A stretch of DNA of 59,930 nt, filler included, from Dugesia japonica (taxonomy: Eukaryota), in assembly GCA_001938525.1 (NCBI GenBank). It is 6 parts of 6 records of this genome, joined end to end, with 100 filler letters (N's around TTAATTAATTAA, not from the genome) between each part and the next. Parts side by side here need not be neighbours in the genome. Positions count along the whole stretch, not along the records: positions 18,583 to 27,913 come from MQRL01461686.1; positions 28,014 to 37,182 come from MQRL01611364.1; positions 37,283 to 47,689 come from MQRL01265446.1; 3 more parts are not named here. One strand, given 5' to 3'. Positions 23,901 to 37,330 of the stretch are shown here, in pieces. The first letter of the stretch is position 1, and each line of letters opens with the position of its first letter. The notes below the pieces were generated by a model, which made no database searches, was not told where the DNA came from, and saw only the letters and a program-made list of their open reading frames with translations. A program made the position numbers and the translations under genes.

Positions 23901-26900
23901 TAATCTTTTGGATTTTATCTTTAACATTATCTTCAATGAAACTTGTAGACATGTTTTCAAAATCTTTTGTAATATCACAATTCATTTTTGTACAAATCAT
24001 ATTTGTTTGATTTCCAATTAAAATTGTTTTTTCATTATTATTTTCGATGTTGCTTTCTAACACTACTAACATATTAAAATCATTTTCCGTTTTATCATTT
24101 AATTTTGTATTACAAATTACATCATCAACATTTTTAAAAGAAATCGAACCATCTTCCGACGATTTTGTCAAATTGTGAAAATCCTCAATTGACTTACTTT
24201 CACAACAAACATTGTCATTTAAAACATGTTCTTCGCTTCTTAAATTTACTTTAGAAAATATATCGAGTATTTTAAGTTCGTCATTACCAATATACCAATT
24301 TTTAGACTGATTTTGAGTTAAGTCATATTTTTGAAAAAGTTTTAAACTTGGTGTATTTTTTATAAAATCATTAAAGTACAATTTTTTAGTGAGATCAAAT
24401 TGTATTTTTTTCATTTTATTTATTCTACTATTAAAATAATTAAACCTTGAAAATTTAAAAGCATATTCATCGATATCTTCATCCTCACTTTCATTATCTG
24501 ATTGTATAGGTGTAGCATCTGATATATCTTCTAAAATAGGTGGTTCAATATATTTGTTGTCATCATCAATAATAGTATTTGCTGATTCATGATTTAAGGT
24601 TTTCATATTTAAAGAAATTTCTCCATCTGTGCAAAACTCAAATAAACCAAAATCATCTAATGTTTTAGACTTTAATGCAGAATCAGTAACGTAGAATGAT
24701 GACTCGTTGTTACGCTTTGAATCGAAATTTATTGACATCAAGCATTGAGTTTTTTCATCTAATAATGCATCATTTGTAGAAGAATAAATAAGCTCTATAG
24801 AAGTATTAGGAATAGTACAAAAGCTAATAGTATTATTAGTATTATTACTAAAGTTTGCTTCCGAAATATGATCATTTTCTTTAGAAAAAATATCTATTTT
24901 ACTTTGACCATCCGAGCTTTCACACATACTATAAATCTTAGACTTAAGTGTTGCTTCGGAATCTTGTTGTGAAGAACTACATGATATTTCAATTTGTTTG
25001 GCAATCTCCGAAAGTTCGTTAGATTCTTTTATATTCAAATCTATTTCCTTCTCTGAATCTTCAATTATTAAATTAGATCGGCAATTTGAATCTATGTCTT
25101 TAAGAATGTTATCATTAATTTTTGAAATTATAGGACATTCAATAGTTGTCGGTAAAGAAACAGGAATCACAGATTGAGAATCGCATCTTATAAGTTCATT
25201 TTGATGACTACCACTATATTGTGCGACAAATTTATCAAGAAAAGCATTCTCTTCTTTTTCAAGTTCAGTCAACATATCTTCAGTATTGAGATTAACAACT
25301 TCAGCAATTTCAATGCACTGTGGCATTTCAATATTGGATGAATTATTTGAATAATTATTTAAATATGTAGAAGTTGTTACTGATGGTAAAACTGTACTAC
25401 ACGGGGGTAAGGTAGTGAAAGAAGATGCATAAGATACTCTGGAATCAATGTTTATCTGGGTTGTGGAACACCTAGTTAGTTCTGTAATATCATCCTTTTG
25501 AATATTTTGTAAAAATTGGTCGAGAATTTCACTTGACACAAAACCATCTGTACCCAAGTTGCTGGCATCATATAAATTGTACGCAGTTGTAAAATCATCA
25601 GTATTACTTAACTCTGCATTAGATATTTCCCAAGCCAAGGAAAGAAGATCTTTTTCGCCAGAATCAGAATTATCCAATAGAGTATTTGAATTAATTTCGT
25701 TAAAAGAATGTGATATAGCAACATGCGGCTGATTTAAATAATCTGATGAATCGTTATTTACATAATAATTGCATTGATATGTACTACGGGTATTCAAAGA
25801 ATTATTGCAGTTTTGTTTCAGTGAATTATTTTCATTATACTGACATGCCTCTTGACTATCTATACTATGCGTTGAAGAAGCATAGCTGGAATTTTTATGG
25901 GATTTTGCTGGAGCACCTCTCTTACGACCAGATTTTTTACCTTTATTACCTTTGCGTCTGCCAGGACCGGATGGGGCCGGAAGCGTGGAACTATTCAAGC
26001 TATCTTGATTGTTAATTGATGTATTTGGACTACTCGTTTTGGGAGCAATTAACGGCTGGCGATATGTTGGTTTAGAAGGTTTTGGAGCTATAGCTCTCAT
26101 TTTTTTACCAGCTGTTATATTAATATTTGAGGACGGACTATAAAGTGAAAGCAACTGATTTGACATTAGTTGACCAGTATTCATATGTATTGATATAGGA
26201 TTAACACCAGATGGTTGAGAAACTGGAGTTAGAGGTAAATTTAAAGGTAAAGTTATTGGCTCACCAGGTTTGAAATTTGAAGGAATATGAAGCAAAAAAT
26301 TCCCAATACCTGGTAGTTGAACCTGAACAGATTGTTGAGACATGCTTAACGTATTTATTGACTCCACATTTTGTAATGTAGAATTTGTGATCTGATACTG
26401 TGACAAAGTATTGTTCAATGAATCATCAGGATGCTAAACATTTAATTAATAAAAATGATATTCAAAATAAATAAAAATTTAAAAAATCTCAAAATTCGTC
26501 ATTAAACGATTTATTTATTTAAATTAATTAATATTAAAATGCTGAATTAGTTTCGAAAAATTCAAACAGTTAAAATTTCCTTCTTTTAATTCTAAATGAT
26601 GATTTAATCGAAAATAATTCTATATAATTTTTAAATTAAAAAAAATTGAATGTCTAAATAAGGAGTCAGCATCCATTTTTTAGCTGCGGATCAAAGTAAA
26701 AAAAATGTGACTATTAAGAATACTATTCGGGTCACTGGATATATATACACATTAATAAAAAATCATCTTTTTGTTTTTTTTAAATAACTCAAAGATTATT
26801 CTCGTGTTGCAATGAAGTTTAGAATGTAATGTAATTGAGATTAACCAAAAATAAAAATATATAAATTAAAAGAATTGTGCATAAAAAAGTAAAAAATAAT

Positions 26901-27669
26901 TATCTTCAATGGTACTGTGATCTTTATTTCTGTTAGGAACAGTGCAAAAGTTGTTGTTTATGCTGTTGTGTAATCAAATATCAAAGAAAAATGCGGTCGG
27001 CATTTTTCTTTCGGTGCATGTGCATCAATTCACACTGTAGAGTTAATATATTTTTGTCTAATTTATTTTTAAAGCTACAGATATTTTTAGGTAATTATTT
27101 AACTGATCCATTGATTTTATTTTTCAATATAAAATGTTAAAAATAATGGTATTTTTTTCAAATAAATAGAACACGATTTTTTAAAATATTTATTAAGTGC
27201 GATTAATTTCGACGATATAACCGTCATCATCAGGCAATTTAAAAATAATAAAACAAACTATTTACTATGACTATATAATTTCAATTATGCAATCTCAATA
27301 AACAATCAATAAAATAATTTTAAGAGCGATGTTGAACTGGACATTAATTTAAAATAATAAATCTTAATTTTTTCAAGTTTTTGATAAAAATTAAAAGAAT
27401 ATTTTGATTTAAGCTCTTTACTTTTACTTATATTTTGAAAATTTTTTTGATCACTTACATTTTCTAAATCTGTATTTTGTGTCGAATAGTCTGATTGACA
27501 ATAAAGAGCCGTATTACCATTTGAATTAATATTTGAACCATTGGAAGATATTATAGAATCATTTGAGAAATAATATGTACATGGAACTTCTTTATTTTCA
27601 TTTAATTTTATCTGATTTCTTTGAGAGTAAATTATACTTTCAGAAGTCACTAAAGATTGATTACATTGT
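20917..27669 (-). CDS. Large low-complexity, probably nuclear protein of unknown family. Exons 27669-27459 and 26433-20917 (5517 nt); 5' and 3' ends not resolved
   Basis: An 1841-codon open frame in AT-rich DNA. Acceptor tgtttag|CAT at 26433 and donor TTG|gtaagc at 20917. The upstream exon ends GAA AAT|gtaagt and joins in phase 0. N/S/K/D-rich with basic clusters (GRRKGNKGKKSGRKRGAP; KKHKKNSKKRKK). Confidence 0.8.
27191..27233 (-). ncRNA. Hammerhead ribozyme-like core in an intron
   Basis: CUGAUGA, stem II gacg/cgtc, GAAA, stem III attaa/ttaat, then AUA; stem I pairing is not evident. Confidence 0.4.
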
Positions 27670-29044
27670 CTGCAAAATATTGATAAAAATCATATTTCCA
27701 TTATATATTTTTTAAAATTAAAATCTCATTAATGAAATTATAATATGAACAGATTCAAAATTACAAACAAGTATTTATTAATACTTATATTTTTTAATAA
27801 TTATTTTATCCAAATATAAAAATGTGGAATATTAAATATTTAAAAAATATTTAGTGATTTCATAAAAAATTTCAAAAATAGTGCAATTATGTTAACAGAT
27901 TAATGATAAAAATNNNNNNNNNNNNNNNNNNNNNNNNNNNNNNNNNNNNNNNNNNNNTTAATTAATTAANNNNNNNNNNNNNNNNNNNNNNNNNNNNNNN
28001 NNNNNNNNNNNNNCTACCTAGAATATATTGATTTAGTTAGTGTTAAGAATTTTTATTTAAGGTAATATTTATTTTCTGAATTCATATAAATTTCTATTTA
28101 ACTCTTTAAACACTGCTTTTTTGTCTCATTAGTTAAGTATTTTATTTTTGATTATTCAAGAATTGAAATTTGATAATGAAATATCGATTGTTTTATGTAT
28201 TGATATATTTTTCTAATTTGAGATTATTTTAGATTAAACTATTTTACATAANNATTAATAATTTTGACGATTTTTCGAAAATATTTCGTAACTTTTTTTG
28301 TACCAGTTTTTTGTTAGGAAAATTCAATTTGAAGTAGTTTTTAATTTAATAAAGTTATTATAAATAAAATACTAATCAATTATTGATGAATTAAATAGGT
28401 TAATTTTCTTTTCATTAGAAAAATCGTCCGAAGTTAATATCAAAACTATCGATTTTNNNNNNNNNNNNNNNNNNNNNNNNNNNNNNNNNNNNNNNNNNNN
28501 NNNNNNNNNNNNNNNNNNNNNNNNNNNNNNNNNNNNNNNNNNNNNNNNNNNNNNNNNNNNNNNNNNNNNNNNNNNNNNNNNNNNNNNNNNNNNNNNNNNN
28601 NNNNNNNNNNNNNNNNNNNNNNNNNNNNNNNNNNNNNNNNNNNNNNNNNNNNNNNNNNNNNNNNNNNNNNNNNNNNNNNNNNNNTAAAACGATCAATGGT
28701 TATGTCCAACAATTAATCTCGCAATAATTGCAATTGTAAAACAATTAATATTTTACCCAATTTTTATTGGCTAATAGTCTTCAAAATTTAATTTTTTCAA
28801 ACTTCTTTTTTGAAAAAATTTCACTTAAGAATTTTTCAAAGTTTTTCTACATTTCTTTCCAATTGTTTCCAATTTTTTCAGATTTTACAACATATTATCT
28901 GCCATGAATTTTCTCCATTATACGATATATTATTAAAATAAAAGCTTCGATCAATTTTTTTTTGTTATATATAAACTTTAATCCATTAAAAATTCTTTTA
29001 ATAAATTTTCATTGGTTAATATTTTTCACAATTATTTCATCTTC

Positions 29045-29515
29045 AAACACAATAATTAAGTTACCTTTTATTAATGAAAAATGTAGCCAAATCATGCAAA
29101 ATATAATAAGAAAATCAAAACTCAAACATAATCCAATAGTTATATTAAAAAAGGCAAGCCCCTTTAGGCATCCAATTACAGAAACCAAGACATAACTTTT
29201 GTGGTCCTAAATATGCATCTGTGGTGATAAAAATATATGCAATAAGAAAAATATCACTTATAAAATAACACGCAGCTTATTTAAGGAAACATATATAAGA
29301 GAAAAATGCAGAACCATCCGTACAAGAATTAAGAAACACCTCAAGCAAAAAGAAAGTGATGTCTTAAGACACTTTCAATACAAACATAATTTTTCACCAG
29401 AAAAACATCATATAACATGAAAAACGTTAGGAACAGGCTACATTTCACATGAAGAAACATGAAAAAATATTGATTAAAGAGGATAATCTAAAATCAATGT
29501 GGTTTATAAAAATTA
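29045..29515 (+). mobile_element. Second Penelope-like GIY-YIG relic (same family as 2523-3215)
   Basis: IKLPFINEKCSQIMQNIIRK..NICNKKNITYKI..ETYI.EKCRTIRTRIKKHLKQKE; collinear nucleotide similarity to 2745-3210. Confidence 0.8.
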
Positions 29516-31493
29516 TAGTAATTTTTAAAAAAAAATTAAGAAAAATTTATATAATTTTAATTTATATTTATATTATTTATAACATAAATAAAACATAAAA
29601 CTAAAATAAATAAAAATTTTAAAAAAATTTTGAATTATAAGAAATAATATTTTATAATAAAAAAAATATTTTTTGTTTTGATTTGAATAAAATTAATATA
29701 GTTTAGATAATTATAATTAAAATAAAATTTTTAAAAAATTGAAAAAATTTAAAAATTAAAAAAAAATACAATTCAATAATATAACATTTAAAAACGTCAA
29801 TTTAATTTAAATTTGATTTAAATCGTCCAATAAAATTTTTAATAAAATACAAGCTATTATGTAAAAAATTTCTAATATCGTTTAAATCTATCAATAAGCC
29901 ATTATATTCCTGAAGAAGACAATAGTCAAAAATTTGAGTATCTATAAAACAACAATCGAATTTGGTCGAAGCTATTTTTTCGATAAAATTTCATCTTAAA
30001 ATATTTAATTTTTTTAAACTTTTTAAAATTTTAAAAATACATTTATCGATTTTTTAAATAATGCCTCATACTATTTATTAAAGTTTTACTAAATATATGG
30101 ATGTGAAAAAAATTAATAATTTGGTAAAATTCTCTCTTCTGAGAGTGTATATTTTACTGTTGGAACAAAATTTGATTGTAAAAATAATAAGTTTTATTTT
30201 ACTCCAAAGTTACACTAGATATTTCAATTTGTAAATGAATTATGTCAAAAGAAAGAATATTTAGGAAATCTAATTGAATAAACAAAAAATCAAATTAATT
30301 AACTAAAATGTACAATAAATTATAATTTGAAACGAAAAAGCGGAGGTTGCAGAAAATTGATGTTATAAATTAGNAAATGGCAAGTAAAATTAAAAACTCA
30401 TAAATGATAGGACTGACATTAATCCGAGAAAGAAACCGAGTAGTTAAAACATAGTTTATTATAAAGACATAATAAATTAGAGATATCAAAAGTAGTTCTA
30501 ATTGACATTATAAATAGATAATTTTAGAACTCAGAAAATGTGGTAATAAATTGAAAAAAACAGAAATTTAGTGGGAAAATAATAATTTTATAATTACAAT
30601 TATTGTGACAATAATTGTTGAACATAACCATTGATCGCATTTTAGATTTTATTAAAATAAAGAAAAAGCTTCGATCAAAATAAAATTTATTTGTAAAGAA
30701 ATTCGACTTTTCAACACTTGTCTTTTTTAGGAATGAAAACATTCCTGTAGAAGACAAGTGTCGACATTTTGAATTTCTTTACAAATTCATTTTATTTTGA
30801 TCGAAGCTTTTTCTTCATTTTAATGAAAATAACAATGTTTTGTATAAAAATTTGAGGCAAATTTGAAAATTTCAATTTCATTATTTACTAACTGGATGAG
30901 ACAATAATTTATAATAGTTGTTTCATATTTATCTGTCTTGTATTGATTATGTTAATTGTTTCTTATTATGATAGCAATTAATACAATCTATTAAATAGTT
31001 CGGTCTTCTTTATCCGAGGAAAACATTTTCACAGTTTGATATCATAAGTGGTAACCGACTTTATAAATATCCACATTTTCATGATTTCAATTTATTAAAA
31101 TATATTATATTTAACTTTTAAATTGAATTTCATCGCTTAAAGAATTTATTTCTTTGTTTAGTTTTATTAAAAAAAATTAATTTAATTCAGAAGTTCAATG
31201 AATTTTTATGACACAAAAATTCATACTTTGTTTAAAGTAAATATTAAATATCTGTTAGATAAAGTTTTAAACTGATTTACTGAGAAAAGTAATTATTTTT
31301 TAAATAGAAATTTAAATATAACACTGCGATGAATTAATCTATAAGTAATATAAGCACATGCTTATGGCATCAAGTAACGCGAGACACCATCTATTCAATT
31401 AAAAAAAATTCAAATTTTAAAAATATTCCGTTAATTAACAAAAAATTAAATCCATAAATTCAAAAAAATTACGTTTGACTTTTAAAATTTCAG

Positions 31494-31929
31494 ATATGCA
31501 AGTCTGTATTTTTGTTGTGCAGTTGAACGGGAAGACAATGAACTCGTTACACTGGAAATTATTCATAGATATGTAGAACTTCTTGACAAATATTTCGGCA
31601 GCGTATTAATTTAACAATGGATAATTTTCGTAATTTGAAATATTCATTTTAGGTTTGTGAATTAGATATAATTTTCAATTTTGAAAAGGCTTATTTTATG
31701 CTCGATGAATTTATGTTAGCTGGAGAAGTTCAAGAAACAAGTAAAAAAAATGTATTAAAAGCAGTTGACGCCCAAGATATGATTCAAGAGGTAATGATTT
31801 GTTTTGGAATATTTTTCTGAATATTTTCACTCTCACTAATGTTTTTTNAATATTTATTAATTTCTATAATTCTTTTCTTTAAAGGAAGAATTGCCACAAG
31901 GATTTTTTGATGATCAAGGACTAGGATAA
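31494..31929 (+). CDS. AP1S: AP-1 adaptor complex sigma subunit, 3' exons (31494-31602, 31653-31790, 31885-31929)
   Basis: Spliced [36 protein letters not shown]|[46 protein letters not shown]|[14 protein letters not shown]; GT-AG introns of 50 and 94 nt. The 5' exon(s) were not found in this contig. Confidence 0.93.
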
Positions 31930-32470
31930 GTATGCAAAATAGTATTAATTGTATAAACAATTTTTGCCGTGTCTTTTTGTGTTGTTTTATAACTCTGCAG
32001 TTTTTTGATGTGAAATTTTTATTTATAATTTAACTATATTTAATATATTAATACAATATAATTTTTTTTTNAAAAATACTAAAATTCTATAATAGCTTTT
32101 GTACAAAGCATAAATTCTTAGCCAATGAATTTTAATTTTTCATTTAAAATTATTATTGCATCTTCAAGAAAGAATTACTTTTANNNNNNNNNNNNNNNNN
32201 NNNNNNNNNNNNNNNNNNNNNNNNNNNNNNNNNNNNNNNNNNNNNNNNNNNNNNNNNNNNNNNNNNNNNNNNNNNNNNNNNNNNNNNNNNTCGTATTTTT
32301 AATGTGATTAGATTTTTCATAATGATGCCTTCGTTTCACAAACTAATTTTATTAATGAAATTTGTATCATTTAAAACTGTTAATAATTATTTCGATAAAC
32401 GTTTACCAATTGTCATGTTTCAGGTTCAATTTTATTATTTGATCTATTTAGTGATGAAAACCCTTTAGAA

Positions 32471-33268
32471 CAGGCGTCGACAAATCTATAACCGTGGGTT
32501 TCCGAGTGACACATTTGATAATTTTAAGGGATCCACTTGAGTTCTGAACTTATAAATGTGAGCAAATATTTCAAACATGAAATTTATTTTAAATAAGAAA
32601 AGGAGTAACTAAACAACAAAAAATTCAAATGATTGTATTCGTCTTAAGACGACTTATATTAGCTAGACTTTGCTAAATTGAAATCACAAGTAGGGTATGT
32701 AATCCCAAGATCCCGGTATTAAAGTGGTGGGATTCCTGGATCGTTTCATTTTACGTATTGATACAGTCCTTGTCAAAACCTTATAACAAAACGTCTATTC
32801 ATTCTTAAACAAACAACAAAACCATCTGTTGAACACTCATGCTTTACTTGGCTGTGCATTTAGCTTGAATGTCTACCAAATTTATCGTAATTTTACTGTA
32901 TGACGTATGTTGTTTTTAATTTGTACAGTCACATGCCTTAACTGTTTCATTGAGTGCAGCACATCAAAAAAAACGCTGGGATTTGTATTCCATAATCACA
33001 AGTTCAACATCAGAGGAACCATTGATATTGAATAGAACGCTTAAAAATAAAGTTTATTCAATTATGTTTATTTAAGTTTAAAAGCGTATTGTAAGTATAT
33101 TCTCAATAAAATTGATTTTATTATTCATCAAAAAGGATTGCTTAAAAATGAAAATACCATTGTCGCATCCCATCAATAGATTACGACAAAACCATTTCTT
33201 TAGAAGAATGAAACTACATATTGATATCAAAACTTTTACTGATTTTATCACCTGTTATTCCCAAAAGG

Positions 33269-33302
<34 letters not shown>

Positions 33303-33483
33303 TTACTCCCAAAAGAGTAAATTGATATCAAATTAAGAAGAAGTATTCAGAGAAATTTTACTAAATAAAAGTATGAAATTTTATAACCAGTTTTCTAAGC
33401 ATTTTTCAAAATACAACAAACACTTCTTAATACTCACATTTTGGAAGATTTTAACCCGCAGCCAAAAAGGTTGTCGACGCCTG
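32471..33483. mobile_element. Non-autonomous hAT element
   Basis: Perfect 13-bp TIRs caggcgtcgacaa / ttgtcgacgcctg; 8-bp TSD ctttagaa / ttttagaa (7/8). Confidence 0.88.
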
Positions 33484-35064
33484 TTTTAGAAGATAATATA
33501 AATAATATCTAAAACAATTTTAAACGAAACCTTATAAATATAAGGTACGTTTGAATCACTGATTTTTAATGTTTTCAAATATTTTTCACTCATCAATAAA
33601 TTATTGAATACTTGAGAATTTTATGTATAAATTCTAAATTTTTATCAGTAATTTTCCCGGTATCTTAGAAACAAACTGCAGAAATATAATTGGAAAAATT
33701 TCGTTATTCTTTTTTAAAAAATTCAACAAAAATATTTAGTGAAATCTTTAAACAAATTGCAAATGAATATTTGTAAGCCTATATTTCTTAATAAATATTT
33801 AGTTAATAAAATTAAATAATTAATATTTTTAAAATAGTATGAAAATTAGATAACGGAATAATATCAATAAGAAATTCTGAAAATTTGTAACGTAATAAAT
33901 GTATTTTTTCGTATTAAATATAAAATATAATAAATTTCAACAATAATTTCATGAAAATAAAATTTGTTCATAAAAGTTATTGAATTAGTAATACTTTTTA
34001 TGGCATATACGCCTTTAATTTGATATTATTTGTTGATTATTTGCTGGCACTAACAAATGATAAATAATTCAAAAATTCTATTTCTGCAATTACCTAAATC
34101 TACTGTAATTTGCATACACGTCTCGGATTTCTATTGGTTAATATTATTCTCACAATTTTATTATTTAACATGTCATTTGAATTTTAGTATGCGGTAAGAG
34201 AATCAATTTTTGAAACAAATAAATTAATTTTGCAAAATTTAATTACCCTTTAAAGTTTGAAATTAATGAATTTTGATCTAATTAGTAGTATTGACATCAA
34301 TTAACTGCTTTGAGTTTTTTTTTTTGTAAAATGTTTCAGTTTTCGGTTTTCGTGGTTATTTTAATGCATCTTGTCTATGTAAATTAGATTTAGCTAACTG
34401 AGCATAATATCTAGCTAATAACAAAATTTTATATAATATTTGGCCTATTTTATTATTGATATTTAATAGAATGAAGACAGATCGAGAATTGCAATAGAAG
34501 ATGCGGAAATTATCAGAGATTAATTTTTACAATATTCATTTGTCTTTGTCTATGTTTATTGTCACTTTTCTCAGTTTTTGCTGTTGTCGTAAATGATTTA
34601 TCGTATCTCTTTGAAAATAAAATTTCTGATTCTATCGAAGTAGAAAAGAAACTTTGTTGCTTTAATATTTTAAAAGTTAATTGTATTTGCCGTTAAAATT
34701 ATTTGCACATTCCAAAATTATTTTAAAAGTTTAAAATTTTTTCAATAAATATTTTGAATTTTTTTGTTTTATTTATTTATTATTTGATTCCATACTAAAT
34801 TATCGACAAATAGTAAAGTGTCAGATTTTGTTTTAATATCTAATAATTGTATGATGCGGTATAATGTGTACTGAAATTCTGTTGTACTGGTGCTAGTAAC
34901 AAGGAGTTCTCAATCTTTTTGTGGCGCGGGTGTATTTTCGGTTGCAAAAAGTTGTGGTGGGCATAATTGGATTTGAAAATAAATGCAAAGTATTATGATT
35001 TTTATTAAATCATACATTTTATAAATAATATTTAATATAACATAGTGTAATCTTTGACACTTCT

Positions 35065-37182
35065 GCTGGGGTTCCACCTCAGTTGGTGTTATTGAAAAAT
35101 ATGGCTTGCGAAAAACAGCCCTCAGGGGATCCCTTAAAGAATTGACCTAATGTCCCTTATTAGTACTTCAGTGTAATAATAATAATTTATTTGTAGTACG
35201 TACTAATAAACCTTTGTCTTCGGGTTCATTATTTTCCCTTTTATTTACCAAATAAATTAACAAAATACTAAAATTAAGATTTATTGTTATTTAACTACAT
35301 ATATTCTAGAGCACCCCGGTCTAACCACTGGATAGGCTCTCCAGACATGAAACTAAATACTGATTCGTCGTCGACGTTATTCCATCTCGTCCATGTCTCT
35401 TACTCACGGCGATTGGCTAAGTCGGCAATATATTGCTAAAGAAATTCGATTTTTTGTGTAAGGATTTGTTTTGCGTGTTCCGCCAACTCACCTTGCTTTT
35501 TAACAATAAGGTCCAATTTTTTAATTAAGCGGTTCCTCTGGGTTAGATGACGTAACAATCTCCGCTCATTTTGTCATTTTATATAACGCTCTAGCAATAA
35601 TTTCTGAATAAGTCGGTGACAACAACGGAGACTGTTAGGTAAAAGAATTCTCGGCACTGAAAAGAAATAGGAAAGTAAAAATCACTCAAAAACCATTATA
35701 GTCAATTCAATTATTCAAATTATTATAAATGAAAAATAATCAAAAAGGTGTCATTAGTAGATTACGACTAAAAGATTTTATTTTATACATAAACAAAAGC
35801 AAAACACGCTATGGTCGTGAAGTTTGAGTTGACTTATCCACCATTAATGGTTCAAGTGGCATGCGTTTCCTCAGTTCTAAAACATCTGCAACCACTTTAT
35901 TGTCATGGCCATGGAGGGACGANTGATCTCAAAAAAGGACTCTAGCTGACCTTTCCAGAGCCGTTCCGGTGCATGGGAGACTTCGACTTCCTTACGAAAC
36001 GTGATGCATTTATTTTTGTTTCTTTTTACCTTACTTACGGCTGCAGCTGTAGCAGCCTCCCAGCGACGTTTGGCCAATTTATACACGTCCCACGTCATAT
36101 AAAGGTCTTCGCTATTTTCTCCAATCTTTTTGGTTGGAGCGGATGATCGGTTGAGTGAGGAGGGCACTGGAAAAATGAAACATAATTGAATAATGAGTCT
36201 ACTCACTAAGGGGATTAATACTCAATAAGATTTAAATGAAGTTTATTATGAATGGTCAAATATTAATTCATGATAATTAAATAANTAAGATAATTAAACT
36301 AGCATGGAAATAATAACAAAAGAAGAAAATGAACACTCGATTAATGATGAATGTAATTTATTAACAATATAAGAGTAGATAATTATTAGAAAAGAAAACA
36401 CAGATTTGGTGTTATTTATAAAGTCACCTAACCCGGAAAATGGTGGTAGATTGGATGGAGAGATAAGGACCACGGAGGGTCCTTCCTGCCACTCTCTAGT
36501 CACCTGCGATTCACCGTTGGAATCTAATCGTGTGGTGGTGACGACGTGAAATGTTTCACGGGCACGTTTAGGCCCTGTCCACTCATAATAGACCTGGCGC
36601 TCAACAGCGTNNNNNNNNNNNNNNNNNNNNNNNNNNNNNNNNNNNNNNNNNNNNNNNNNNNNNNNNNNNNNNNNNNNNNNNNNNNNNNNNNNNNNNNNNN
36701 NNNNNNNNNNNNNNNNNNNNNNNAGTACTTTCCACTTATATTCGACTAAATTAAATAAACATGTGCAAAAGTTAAAAGAGAAGATATGACAATAATTTAT
36801 AATTAACAATAAAACAAATATAACAAAGTCACAATTAATAATGATGTATTAGAATTAAGGTTCTAAATCCAAATCTATTTGACTGGCCTTTACCAGTGGA
36901 AAAAGTTCAATGAAACAGCGGAGGTCTGTCTCATTCAGGTGTAAAATGAGTGACGTGGCTAAAATATGCCCGATCAGTTGGCGTTTCTGCACTTTTATTT
37001 TTTCTTGGCGGATGAATTCGAGGGTGACGCGGAGCAGATCTGACATTAATCTAAAACAACAAGGTTTAAGGGGGAAATCTGATGCGAAAATAAAAGTCAC
37101 CGGAAACTCTTTATTGGTCAAATGTGGATTAAGGTCCCGTCACATCATTAATATCTAAGTATACCCAAAATCCATGTGAGTC
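35065..37182 (-). mobile_element. Multi-cassette element, second family member, cut by the contig end
   Basis: Begins tgctgggg (compare tgttggg), has an agggga..gtccctt stem, then GC-richer minus-strand ORF cassettes 35295-35656, ~35809-36205, ~36294-36745 and 36855->37180 separated by AT-rich spacers. Confidence 0.55.
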
Positions 37183-37330
37183 NNNNNNNNNNNNNNNNNN
37201 NNNNNNNNNNNNNNNNNNNNNNNNNNTTAATTAATTAANNNNNNNNNNNNNNNNNNNNNNNNNNNNNNNNNNNNNNNNNNNNTTCAAAGTTATTATCGAA
37301 ATTTAAAATTTTCTGTTATAACAAAAGTTA

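Noticed and set aside
22257-26015. Antisense ORFs inside the large exon (22257-22439, 25746-26015), and similar shadow ORFs over TEs and cassettes
   Set aside because: Short opposite-strand shadows with no independent coding signal.
58-33300. (TA)n tracts at ~58-79, ~1499-1524 and ~33271-33300
   Set aside because: Ordinary microsatellites.
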